A stretch of DNA of 63,907 nt, counting the filler, from Octopus bimaculoides (lineage: Eukaryota): NCBI RefSeq assembly GCF_001194135.2. It is 9 parts of 8 records of this genome, joined end to end, with 100 filler letters (N's around TTAATTAATTAA, not from the genome) between each part and the next. Parts side by side here need not be neighbours in the genome. Positions count along the whole stretch, not along the records: positions 1 to 14,475 come from NC_068991.1; 8 more parts are not named here. The stretch is one strand, 5' to 3'. A program made the translations under genes and the position numbers. Positions 1 to 11,649 of the stretch are shown in pieces. Positions within the stretch are counted from its first letter, which is position 1; the number at the start of each line of letters is the position of its first letter. A model generated the notes under the pieces. It saw nothing but the letters and a program-made list of their open reading frames with translations. It searched no databases and had not been told where the DNA came from.

Positions 1-324
1 GATCCAACCTCAGATTTATCATCGCATTGTCTCTCTACTACCTCTGTCAAATGAATCACCAAAATTGGCCTTTCATTATTTATAATCTGTACCTGTTTGT
101 TTGGTTACAAAATAAAATACACAAGATGTGTTTCTGAATTACGTGTATTTACTTTATATACATATGAGTTGAAAACTTTCTTCTAGCATTCCACTTAATG
201 TCTATGTTCCATGCTGGCATGGATTGGAGAGTTATTAATGTAGAAATATGGTATCGTAGCTACTAACAGTTGAGGGTTGCGTAGTCTAGACGGCGTTTTT
301 AGATTTCATTATTCTCTTTAACTC

Positions 325-352
325 GGGCAACGCCGGGTATTTCTGCTAGTAA
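325..352 (-). mobile_element. Possible Helentron/HINE-like non-autonomous element end
   Basis: Minus strand ACTAGcagaaatACCCGGCGTTGCCCGAG resembles the ACTAG...ACCCG...CCGGG start of DINE-1/HINE-type elements. A similar motif lies at 55452-55481. Confidence 0.35.
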
Positions 353-491
353 TCATTAAAAATTACTCATCACAGATCACAGACGGACTTAGAAACATAT
401 GCACGCATACATACGTACATACATTGTTATACGCACAAATACACTAAGACACATTACTAGGTGCGGACCATCTCTTCATGTAAAACGTCCT

Positions 492-546
<55 letters not shown>

Positions 547-699
547 AGGGGGGATGAGGTGGGTGGAGTAACGCGCAAAACTTTTATTAAATGTTGAGGT
601 TGATTATAACAAGTCTTTGTAAGAAAGACAAAATGTACGACACTTGATAATAAATAAGCACGTGATTAGAAACTAGCAGCTTCTTTTGTAAATGAGTCA

Positions 700-906
700 G
701 TGCTAGATGTGACTTACGTATGTACATAGATACATACATACATAGAAAAATGCATACATGCATAACCCACACACGCACTTATATATATACATGCATGCAT
801 GTATACAAAAATATATTCATATACATACATACACACATACATACATACATGTAAAAATGCATACATACACAACATATGTGTGTGTGTATATATATATATA
901 TATATG

Positions 907-950
<44 letters not shown>

Positions 951-1290
951 TACATATATATATATATGTATGTATGTATGTATATACATATGATATACAC
1001 ATGCAGACATACATTCATACATGCATCCCTACATACTTACATCATGAATACACACGTACATACATACATACATACATACATATATACATATATACTTACA
1101 TACACATACAGACAGACAAACAGACACATACATACATGCATTCATACATACATAGACAGACAGACTGACGGACACGTACATACATGCGCTCATGCATACA
1201 TACATACACACAGACACACAGACACACGCATACATACATACATACATACATACATGCATACATACATACGTACGTACGTACGTACATACA
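700..1290. repeat. Compound (TACA)n/(TA)n/(CAGA)n microsatellite field
   Basis: Direct reading; source of the many spurious YI/HT/VC ORFs. Confidence 0.95.
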
Positions 1291-1970
1291 TGGCGACTGT
1301 CTCATCTTGACAGATGATAGCCCTCTCATAATAAATGTATGAGACATCTATACATCATTGGATTTAAGTGACAAAAGCTTGTACAACACTTTTGCTGCTC
1401 TCTCTCGGTCGCCATAGTAGTTTCCAGTGACAAGCGTTGCAGGATAACTAGTAACTATTTATGTCCGAGTATCTTTCTCCTAAACGTGTTGCCTTCCTCG
1501 CGGATTTGTCAAAAGCAAAGGGAGCCTCCTCAACTCCTGGGAAATCTGTTTAATCCATAGCTGAGACCCTGACTGGTACTACTCCTGTTCCGAGTCAGAA
1601 CGGACCGGGGAGTAATAATAATTAGGGGGTGATTCCATTCTCCCCACAACTCGGAAACTCCCGAACTGGAACCTCACCACCGGATGCAGTTTAATGTTAT
1701 AGGTTGGAGAAGACATACATACATATATACATACATATATACAGACATACATACTTACATACGTACGTACATACACCTACCTACCTACCTACCTACCTAC
1801 CTACCTACCTACCTACCTACATACATACATACATACGTGCAAACAAACATACAGATAAACATGCATACATATACATAGAAACATACATTCATACATAGAT
1901 ACATACATGGTGGTAGTGGTGGTGGTGGTGGTTGTCTACTCCTTATGCACAGTTTGATCACCTATCGTCC

Positions 1971-2474
1971 CTACACCTTAGGCCTCTTATGGCGTCTGCT
2001 GTGGCTTTTTAAACCAGACAATATTTTGAAAAGACAGCCACATAGATTGCATATCTGATGTGGACCACCAAGAGCTGCAGTTAAGTTCTGATCTTTGTGG
2101 ATCTTAAACTGTCTTTTGAGGCCTCCATTAGATTTGCAGACCTTATGGCATACACAGTAATGACAGGTATGCACAGATATATATAGGCAGCATAGATGGT
2201 GGAGGTTCGTTTTCATGGGTCCGCAAATGAGATTTGAGCTCAGCAAAAGACAGGCATGGTCTGTTACAAATTGAGCATAACCCTCTTCTTTAAATTTCGC
2301 TTGAATCTTGCGTAGGTCATCCTGGCCTCTTCAAAAGCTTTAACTCTACTCCACACTTTTGTTCGCTATCCAGTTCGGTCCGAAGTCAGGGTTTCTATGA
2401 CCTTTGGATCCAATTCCAAATGACTTCATGTTGGTCCTTGTGCAGTCCTTAAACCTCTTTTTAGGTTTACACTG

Positions 2475-2478
<4 letters not shown>
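1971..2478 (-). mobile_element. Degenerate RTE-clade LINE 3' fragment with C-terminal C2H2-like zinc fingers
   Basis: Minus translations KPKKRFKDCTRTNMKSFGI (RTE G.PK.RFKD motif), CHKVCKSNGGLKRQFKIH and CNLCGCLFKILSGLKSHSRRH; stops and frameshifts present. Confidence 0.7.
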
Positions 2479-2507
<29 letters not shown>

Positions 2508-2516
2508 CTTACATAC

Positions 2517-3010
2517 ATGCATATTTCTGTAGAAGACATCATACATGTGATTAGCAGCTGCCCAAAAATGTCATCAAGGTACACTCTTCCTATGCGACAT
2601 AATGTTATTGCAAAAACAATGCTATTCGGAAGTAAGAGTGTCCTGAAATAATTATAGAAACTCCACATGTTATTGAATACGTACACAAATACCAGCACTA
2701 GGAAAACTGGTGGAACATTTCCATCAAAACATCTGTCAAGTATAAACATAACAGGCCGGATATCGTTGTTTGGGACACAACAGGAAAGGAGATCTTGATG
2801 TGAATATCTCTTGACATCTCCAGCTTCTATGTCCAGATTACAAATTTACATTTATACCAATAGTAATTGGAGCACTTGGTTTTGTAAATGCCTAACTGGC
2901 AGCCTGGATAAGCTTGGATTTTCAGTAAAAGAAATCAACAAACTAATTCGCACATTATAAATACAATCTGTAAGTAGAACATTGAAACTATGCAAAACTT
3001 TTATCAGGTT
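2517..3010 (+). mobile_element. Degenerate R4/Dong-like non-LTR retrotransposon CCHC + restriction-like endonuclease end
   Basis: Pieces read VEDIIHVISSCPKMSSRYTLPMRHNVIAKT, HNRPDIVVWD, LQLLCPDYKFTFIPIVIGALGFV and LKLCKTF across frameshifts. Confidence 0.75.
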
Positions 3011-3160
3011 TAAAATGTGACATTGTTTTCGTTATCTACATTCCAAAGATGGAGCTTTGTATCTTTGTTAGAAACTAGCACCTTCTTCAGAGAAGAATTT
3101 AAATGATTAAATACAGAAGAGACATATATGCATGCATGCATACATACATACATACATACA

Positions 3161-3194
<34 letters not shown>

Positions 3195-4020
3195 CACGTA
3201 CATACATGATGATTGATGCCTCCTTGTGCTACTTCGCTCACAATAGCATTTCTGACTTCCCATCTGTGACTTCTCAGATGATTGTTCAATCTCATTGCAG
3301 ATTTTGCATGGTTTGAAGAGTAGGTGACAAACGAAAGTTGTAATTTACGGAGCGCTTCAAACTGGTTAGGTCTGTCACTCTTCCATCGCAATAGGGCTTT
3401 CAGTAGATGGAGGGACAAATAAACCTTAAAGAGATACCCGTACATCACTGGGTTATAGTGATAAACGCTTGAGCAACATAACTACTGCTCTCTGAGTCTC
3501 CTTGACTAGTTCCTAGTGATAAGCCGAAGCGAGATTACCAATAATAACATGAAATCGCAGGTTTTACATCAGAGTGTCCTTCTACTAGAAAATAAATTGT
3601 TTTTCTTTCATATAAAATCTGGTACTTATTCTATCGTTCACTTTTGTCAAACCGCTAATTTACGGGGACATAAACCATCCAACTCCAGTTGTAAAGCATT
3701 GTTGGGGACAAACATACACACACGCGCTCGCTAGACAGGTTACCACACGATTTCCATCTACCATACTCACTCATAAAGCATTGGTAGGCCCAGGGTAGAA
3801 GATGCAATCCCAAGATGCCGTACTGTGGGATTGGACCCCAAATCACGTGATTTCAAAGTGAGCTACTTAATCACACAATCATGTCCAAAGACTTCGTTTT
3901 CATGAAAATCTTGTAGAATTGGGGATCAACGATATTTTATGATGGTCCTTTTTGGATTTTATAAAAAAACATATCTTCCTTTAGCATACATGCATACTGT
4001 ATCATATACAATGATAGCTG

Positions 4021-4326
4021 ATTCTCCGTCAGTTATGGTGACGAGGGTTCCAGTTGATCCGATCAAAGGAACAGCCTTCTCGAGAAATTAACATGCAAGT
4101 GATCGAGCACTTAACAGGCGCGCGTACCCTTATCGTAGTTCTCAGAGAGATCCAGCGTGACACACCGAACGTAAGAAGGCCGGCCTATTGAACTGCAAGT
4201 ACAACTCATGTTTGCCAGCTGAGTGGACTAGAGCAACGTGAAATAAAGTGTGTTGCTCAAGGATTCGAACTCTCGACCTTACGATAGTGAGCCGAAAACT
4301 CTAACCGCTAAGCCACACACCTTCAC
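4021..4326 (-). mobile_element. tRNA-derived SINE, family D (GTGAAGGCGCGTGGCTTAGTGG head)
   Basis: Near-collinear similarity to copies at 10303-10602 (+), 33716-34092 (-) and 54746-55060 (+); Pol III A/B-box-like head. Confidence 0.85.
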
Positions 4327-4645
4327 ATAATATACAATTCCCATGCCTATAGAAGTCCCTATAGAAGTAAAAATTAAGCAAATCGTGGTACAAAAGACTT
4401 ACTAAAAGTTATCAAACTACTCAAGAGTTCATAGATATTAAATTTGAAAAATCCTTTAGAAATGTTCATCCGAGGGACACACTTGGCTGTGTGATTAAGA
4501 AACCCGCTTCGTAATCACATCTCTACTATAGCTCTGCGCTGATCATTGCTCTATGAATGAGTTTGATAGACGGAAAAAATGAGGAAGCTCGCCTTGTAAA
4601 TACACACACACACACACACATACACACACACATACACACACACAT

Positions 4646-4678
<33 letters not shown>

Positions 4679-5199
4679 TATATGTATATGTATACATATA
4701 TGAATGTATGTGTGTGTATGTGTGTGCGTCTTTGTATCGTTGAGTTTGTTTCCTCACCACTGCTTGACACCCGGCGTTAATTGGTTTACGTCCCTGTAGC
4801 GACAGAAGAGAACGATAGAGTACATATCGGAATCATCATGGTTGTAATCCAATAACTGAAGCAAGTAAGAAGACACGAGCGCGCGCGCACACACACATAC
4901 ACACACATACAGAGTGGTTCACTTGTGGTCCGTGATCCACTGGTTGTCGATGCCTGATCTCGAGCAAAGCAGCTGGGCTATTCATGTTTTTCTAAACATT
5001 CTAGTGCTGGAAAGCAATAAAACAGTAAAATAGTAATATTAGCATAATTGGGGACCATTTTGGTGTCCATGGCCGCTCCATTTAACGAGTGGGAAAATTC
5101 TCGGAAAAGGAGAAATAATAGTTGAGGGTGACAGCAAGTTCACTGGGGATACAAACTAATAACTCAGTGACGAGGTCTGTAAGAAATGTACATAGTAAG

Positions 5200-5358
5200 C
5201 AGTGGCATAGCTGAAGTGTGTGGCACTCGGGGCAGCCTTCAGTTTGTCCCTCTTCACTACAGCTGATCTAATAGTGCTGCCCTCAAAAAGTGCTGCCCTC
5301 AAAAAGTGCTACCCTCAAAAAGTGCCGCCTAGGAATGTCTAACCCCACCTACATTGCT
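5200..5358. mobile_element. Small degenerate TIR element remnant with internal 16-bp tandem (AGTGCTGCCCTCAAAA x3.5, 5273-5329)
   Basis: Starts CAGTGGCATAGC (hAT-like terminus). The 16-bp repeat is read directly; the right TIR is poorly conserved. Confidence 0.4.
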
Positions 5359-6289
5359 GTTGGTAAAATCAATGCCAACATAATGTAGTAAGAAGAATAC
5401 ATTTCCTAAGTAATCAACTCTGCTCAAAAATTTCAAGGGAGACAATCCTTGAATATATTTTAAAATAGAATGTAACCAGTGTTGTGGAAAGTAGGTATGA
5501 TCTTAGCAGCACTATAACAACTACGGACATATTTTAGTCTTTTGAAATCTCATAAGTGAAGTATAGTATTTTCCAGTATTCTGGATGTCAGGCTATCGTA
5601 ACTGACTTTTTGTAGCGGAAAGAGAGTTGGATGAACTCACTATTTTTTCTCTAAAGACTCTTCCTAAATTGTTTTAGCTTTCGAATGATGCCAACCTGCT
5701 GGCTTGGCGAGCAGGCTAACATTTCCTCTATCGGAAGGTTATTTTGTCACAGGGTTCACTCATTTACAGCTGGCCGAACTGGAACAACATGAAATGAAAT
5801 GTTTTGCCCAAGAGCACAACGTGCCGCCATGAAGGAGAATGGAACGCACAATCTAGCGATCGGGAATGCAACTCCCTAATCGACTAATTATTGCTCGACA
5901 TGGACCTTGAACAACGAAAGCAAAGCAAGCAAATGAAACCATCTTGCGTGTCAGATCCCTAACATTAGATGTCTTCCTCTCGAGCTAATCCAACAAATAT
6001 CTTCTGTATGTTTAGACATCACAAACTAGAACTTTCCTAGTTTGGATAACTGTATCTCTTCAATAGTGAACATAGATCCAGTTGGTGATCAGTTGTTACT
6101 TAAAATATGAGCAAATGGACAGAGGGAGAGAGAGAGAGGGAAAGAGAGGTAGAGAGAGAGTGGGGAAGGAGAGAAGGAGAGAGAGAGGGAGGGAAAGAGA
6201 GAGTATTTTTCTTTTACATGGTATGAGTTCCGTTTACAATAATTCTCTCTTTTGTTTGTATCTGAAGAATTACTTGCCATACATTCCCA

Positions 6290-6480
6290 TTTTCTTTCAT
6301 TTTTATTTGAAATAACTTCTTGGTGTTGATCTTACTCCGGAAAATGTTTCTAGATACCAATCGTGGGGACATTGCTAAAAAGCTTTTTTGTAATCAAAAT
6401 ATGCTCAGATCTTTCTTTCTCATTCTACACCCTTTGCTTATGGCTTTTGAAGTGCCATCTCAAGTTTTGAGTTTAGTTTA
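6290..6480 (-). mobile_element. Degenerate non-LTR RT fragment (R4/Dong-like W.DYKKA.D.VPH.W motif region)
   Basis: Minus strand reads KAISKGCRMRKKDLS..FDYKKAFSNVPHDW across a frameshift. Confidence 0.6.
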
Positions 6481-6581
6481 CTCTTCACGATCATTTTAGA
6501 CAGTCGGAGATATTCGTTTCATTTGTAATGTTGCATTTGTTTGACTTTCTTCACGGTCTTCACACTCCCACATAAACACAG

Positions 6582-6636
<55 letters not shown>

Positions 6637-6789
6637 TACAAAGATGGAAATAGTGGAATGCTATTGGCAAAGGTGTGGAAGATGATAGATTTGGATTTTA
6701 AGGTAATGCGAACGGAATTAAAGAAGGAAATGATGCAGGTCAGTGTTCGCGCATAAGAGGACTGGGGTCACTGAAATAGTCATCGATAC

Positions 6790-7860
6790 ACTTACCTTGC
6801 AACTCTGGAATGGTTACAGGAAAAGGGTGTGGGACCCATTTTGGTGACCATGGCCTCCCCACTTAACGAGTCGCAAAATCCTCGGGAAATCAAAAGTAAA
6901 ATCCTCGGGACAAATTCGCTGAGGTGGGGTAGAGTGAGAAAGCTGAGATCGAGTGTAATGTAAGGTTTTAGGATAAATCTGGCTGCTATGAGTTCTTTGT
7001 GAAAGGATCACAGCATAGCGTTTTGATATGCATAGTAACGGTACCTGGCAAGAAAGAAGTGGCAGAAAGAGTGCCATGGATGTGTGAGATGTGGCTTGAT
7101 GCCAAAGGTGAGAAGAATTGTTAGAAGCATTTAGATATGAGTTTTCAAGGGTTGCTGCAAATAAAAACGATGGGGATACAAGGCATTAGTCCGATAGATT
7201 TTGAGAAATAAATAAATGAGAGAGATAAGTGATAAGTGGGTGATTAGGTTGATGATGTAGGAAGGGGGAGGTGTGTTAGGAATAATGGAGATGAGTTATC
7301 ACTTACGTGGTGGTTTGGCCATTGAGAAGTTTGCGGTAGAAGAGGGGATGAATGAGTTGCCAAAGTGATTTAGAAGTCAGGCCGTCATACAGCACCAACC
7401 TTGACTGTTGGTTGGCGGCGGTCGTGTCGGTGTCCAAGGCGGCGATGTGTAATGAATTCCGACCAAGGCTGTGAATATATTAAAAGTTTTAAACTGTCCT
7501 TGGCTGTGTATCCAGTGGAATGAGAGGCAGCCGAGATCAGTAAAATTATTTCGTGTTGCTGTTATTAGTTTGTTTGTTGTAAAAGAAGGTACAGAGCTTG
7601 ATGTGACTCAGGAATCACTCTGTGTGGGTTCGTGTCTGATATTCATCCAGAGAATGAGAGATTTGAGGCACGGTTCTTCTACCAAAGATCAGCACTCAGT
7701 GCAAAGAGTTTTAGTTGAATCACAACTGCTTGTGAAGGTCTGATAAGCGAAGGGCAGTAATGGCAGTTGTGGTGGGGTTAGGCCAGCGTGTTAGTGAAAA
7801 AGGGCTATGAAATATGCAGTAGATAGGTTGTAGATGGAACAGGTATAAAAAGAAACAGGA
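6790..7860 (-). mobile_element. Highly degenerate CR1/L2-group LINE fragment
   Basis: Eroded RT-like motifs. Its 3' segment (6829-6887) is repeated at about 5048-5105, showing it is interspersed. Clade assignment is weak. Confidence 0.45.
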
Positions 7861-8164
7861 CTGGTAAATAATGTGGCTCAAATCTTTGAACAAGTGAAGT
7901 AGATTTTTAAGTCTTTCAACAGTCTAATATTCAGGACTGTCTTAGCAACATTATAGGCATCCGGGCTATTGACATACATAGATCAGAATCGGGCCCTTAG
8001 ACTCATAAGGACTGCAGGCAACTGCCCAGTATGCCCATGCCGGCGTACTGGGTAGCATGGTACGATATTGGTACTATTCCAATATTAGATAAAATAAAAA
8101 TGCTTAATTATATTAATATTATTGTTGTTTAACTGAAATAAATGTTAAATTTTGTTTTTAATCA

Positions 8165-8184
8165 TTCTTTCTTTCTTTTTGCAG
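8165..8184 (+). promoter_or_regulatory. Splice acceptor in 5' UTR of the glycosyltransferase-like gene
   Basis: ttctttctttctttttgcAG ends at 8184, 47 nt before the ATG at 8232. Confidence 0.6.
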
Positions 8185-8231
8185 TGAAATAAAGAATACT
8201 GATTTGCCAAACTCGACACCAGCCAGTTATC

Positions 8232-9344
8232 ATGCGGCGCAACCAATTCTTAATCTTCATTGCAGTCATTTACATTATTATGACAGTAGGAATTGTGTCT
8301 TATTTCAAGAAATTTTCAATTTCAGCAGAACTTACTGCGTCGTCAATTAGTATTGAATCTGATTTCAATAACAATATTTTAAAACACTCTTTTGAATTTC
8401 CGAAAGATTTTAACTACACTTTATCCGTTAACGACACGTGTCGTTCAGAAAATGTACCAAATCAAAATCAAACCAGAAACAAAGCCTTTCTTACGCTGTT
8501 CACAACGTGGAACAGCAAAGACCAGAAGCATAAAATACACATCAATTCTTTAAATAACTGGTTATCATTAGGTTATGATGTCAGAGTGATTCTGTTCCTC
8601 AATGATTCAGTTAATTATTCTGAATGTTCCTGTCCAAATTGCGAAATATGGTCAGTTCCGGTGGCTGGTGAAGTTGGTGTGCCTATACTTAAGCATATGT
8701 TTCTCTATGTTTTAAGAAATATCAACAGCACTTTCTACGCTTACGTTAACTCAGATATACTGTTCAATTCGAACCTTATACCAACATTAGAGTTGATTGA
8801 TCAGAAAATCGATTACTCAACTTCTCCAGTATTCATAGTCGGTCGTCGGACAAACGTAATGAATCTCACAGAACAAGAAGCTTCCAGTGGTTCCTCTATC
8901 GAAAATGCAGCACGTCATCGCGGTAAAATTTTCCGTTCGGACGCTGAAGATTATTTCTTTACAACTAAAAACTATCCTTGGGAAAATATTCCTGAATTGA
9001 TTGTTGGTAGTCCAGCTTACGACAATTGGTTGGTCACTTATTCTTTAATATCTCGTTTTGTTGTGATTGACGTTACAAACACTGTTCTTGCCGTTCACCA
9101 AACAACCAAAGTAGGAAATTATGAAGGTTTCCAAAAGAACTTCAAACAGTACAATAATAAGCTTCTTGCCAGTAAATATAACGACACAAAGAGCGTCCGT
9201 TCAGGACATACCGTCTGTACAGATCTCCAAACAAAGTTTTCAAATAAGAAAATAGTTCTAATAGAAAGGCGAACTAATATTTGCCGCCGAATTCACAAGA
9301 AAATCATTGGACAAAGAGCAATTAAAACCCCGTGGCGCATGTAA
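8232..9344 (+). CDS. Intronless 370-aa predicted type II membrane glycosyltransferase-like protein (GT-A fold, uncharacterised family)
   Basis: Only long, complex, uninterrupted ORF in the window. Short basic N-tail (MRRNQ) then hydrophobic LIFIAVIYIIMTVGIVSYF, a stem with several N-x-S/T sequons, YVNSDILF (DxD-like NSD after a beta strand), and IVGRRT, EDYFF, GSPAYDNWLV, VIDVT..VLAVHQ motifs. A polypyrimidine/CAG acceptor at 8165-8184 implies an upstream non-coding exon. Confidence 0.85.
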   Translation: MRRNQFLIFIAVIYIIMTVGIVSYFKKFSISAELTASSISIESDFNNNILKHSFEFPKDFNYTLSVNDTCRSENVPNQNQTRNKAFLTLFTTWNSKDQKHKIHINSLNNWLSLGYDVRVILFLNDSVNYSECSCPNCEIWSVPVAGEVGVPILKHMFLYVLRNINSTFYAYVNSDILFNSNLIPTLELIDQKIDYSTSPVFIVGRRTNVMNLTEQEASSGSSIENAARHRGKIFRSDAEDYFFTTKNYPWENIPELIVGSPAYDNWLVTYSLISRFVVIDVTNTVLAVHQTTKVGNYEGFQKNFKQYNNKLLASKYNDTKSVRSGHTVCTDLQTKFSNKKIVLIERRTNICRRIHKKIIGQRAIKTPWRM

Positions 9345-9410
9345 GGTACCAAAACTCACAAAAACACACATGCAACTAATGTGTGTGTGTAAGTGTATGT
9401 GCATGTTCAT

Positions 9411-9496
<86 letters not shown>

Positions 9497-10302
9497 TAAA
9501 CTATAAGGGTAGAAGTATCGTGTATTATCACTTACTTCAATGCTATTGCCTTGTAATTTTTTTTTTAAACAAAGAATAGCAGATGGTTATCAAGGAATAA
9601 GAGTCAAAAGAATTTTGAACCTAACATGTTTGAATGGGTTAGTAGTCATGCGTATGCGTTCACTCGTGTATGCATGCGTGAAAATAAGAGTAATGCTCAT
9701 AACAATGAGTTGATATTTGTGAAGAATATATGAATATCAGTGACAAGAAAATGGAAGTAAAATTTCAAATATTTTTTATCATGTTTTTCTATTATCACGT
9801 TGTGAAATTCAACATTTTATTTTAATACACTAAATTTTGGGGTGAGGGATTCATGAAAATTTTTTTCGCTATCAAATTTTTGCACCAAACAGTACAATAA
9901 TAAGCTTCTTACCAATAGATATAACGACACAAATAGCGTCAACACTTTATTTTCAGGAACACTTGCAATCTTTAGACTTTTGTGCTGCACTTCATCAGTT
10001 TTTCTCCGTCCTGTGTTTTAGTTAATGGCGTGAATGAATCTGGTTTAAGTTGGTTTTTATAAGTTGTCCTGTAGGAATATTGGTGCCAAACTCTACAAGG
10101 GGTTCAAAAGATACACTCTTGTAAGGAGGTTTTACTTTTAAGTTGCTAGCAAAAGCTTTACGGGATCACAGCTACCAAGGTATACTAACCTCGATGGACT
10201 ATTGAAAGATCTTGAGGCGCTGTATATCAAAGTATGTATTTATCTCTGCTTAAAAAAAAAACTTTCAATAAAACCTTAATTAAACCATTCAGTCAACATT
10301 AA

Positions 10303-10602
10303 GTGAAGGTGCGTGGCTTAGTGGTCAGGGATTCAGCTCACGATAATAAGATTGTGAGTTCGATTTCCGGTGGTACATTGTGTTCTTGATCAAGACACTT
10401 TTATTTCACGTTGCTCTAATCTGTTCAGCTCTCAAAAATGAGTTGTACCAGTAATTTTGTCATATTCTGCGTCGCACTGAACCCCTTTGAAAAACTACGC
10501 GAGTGTGTAGAGTGCTCAGCGACTTGCACGCTAATTTCACGAGCAGGTTGTTCCATTGACCGGATCAACTGGAACACTCGCCGTCGTAACCGACGGAGTG
10601 TC
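10303..10602 (+). mobile_element. SINE family D
   Basis: Head gtgaaggtgcgtggcttagtgg, B-box-like gagttcgatttcc, tail ...gtaaccgacggagtg shared with the other copies. Confidence 0.85.
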
Positions 10603-11144
10603 AGGCCAAGTGCGAATTAGACCGTTTCAACTTTAGCTTCAAAATTGACTTTATTTAGTAAGAAATAACTAGTTGCAAAGCACTACAAGAAATAACTTGT
10701 TACTGCTACGACAAAAGATTCTTAGGAAAAGTCTTAGAATCACTCATCTTAGAAAACTATATATATATATATNNNNNNNNNNNNNNNNNNNNNNNNNNNN
10801 NNNNNNNNNNNNNNNNNNNNNNNNNNNNNNNNNNNNNNNNNNNNNNNNNNNNNNNNNNNNNNNNNNNNNNNNNNNNNNNNNNNNNNNNNNNNNNNNNNNN
10901 NNNNNNNNNNNNNNNNNNNNNNNNNNNNNNNNTATATATGTATATATATAAAGTTTGCAGTTCCGTTATAGGTAGGATCAACAAAAAAAGTAGTGTAGTG
11001 AGAGATAAATATCATTTAATATACACAATTTACGAAAAAGCTACTAACAGTTTCATGCTCTTGAGATGCCATAATTTGGCTAATTTATATAATGTATCAT
11101 GTACCTCCAAGCAATCTTTCAGGTTCAGTGCATATCATTGAATG

Positions 11145-11420
11145 TATTTAAAAACCAAGACGCTGGTCTATGTGAAAACATGAAGAAAAAAAAATGAGCA
11201 GAAAAAAGTGCGAAGAAGATTGATGCAAAAAGTGGAACGAGAAGAAAGAAAAAAAGTAAAAAAATAAAAATCTTGATCCTCCATTGTTTTTAGAAGATCC
11301 TGGTTTTCTTACTTTTCTTTTCATTCTTTTCGTTTCCTTTTTTGCATCTTTTTTGTGCTTTTTTTCTGCACGTTTTTATTTTTCATGTTTTTCTCATAAA
11401 CCAGCGTCCTGGTTTTAATA
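11145..11420. repeat. About 280-bp foldback (imperfect palindrome, arms of about 130 bp), MITE-like
   Basis: Left arm aaaaccaagacgctggtctatgtgaaaacatg...gatgcaaaaa...aaacg is the reverse complement of the right arm ending cataaaccagcgtcctggtttt; TA on both outer sides. Confidence 0.8.
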
Positions 11421-11525
11421 CAGCTAAGGATATGCACTGAACTTGAAAGATTTCTTGGCATGTCATACAAATCAGCCAATTTATTGTATCTCTAAAGTTT
11501 ATAAATTGTATCTATCTATCTGTCG

Positions 11526-11577
<52 letters not shown>

Positions 11578-11584
11578 CTCTCTC

Positions 11585-11649
<65 letters not shown>

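Noticed and set aside
587-1900. Many 60-140 aa ORFs rich in Y/I/H/T/V/C/M
   Set aside because: Translations of (TA)n, (TACA)n and (TG)n microsatellites; the same applies to similar ORFs at 38-40, 48, 50, 52 and 60 kb.
10143-10231. Possible 89-nt plus-strand exon (ASKSFTGSQLPRYTNLDGLLKDLEALYIK) with AG/GT ends
   Set aside because: No recognisable homology, and its phase is incompatible with the 9341 donor.
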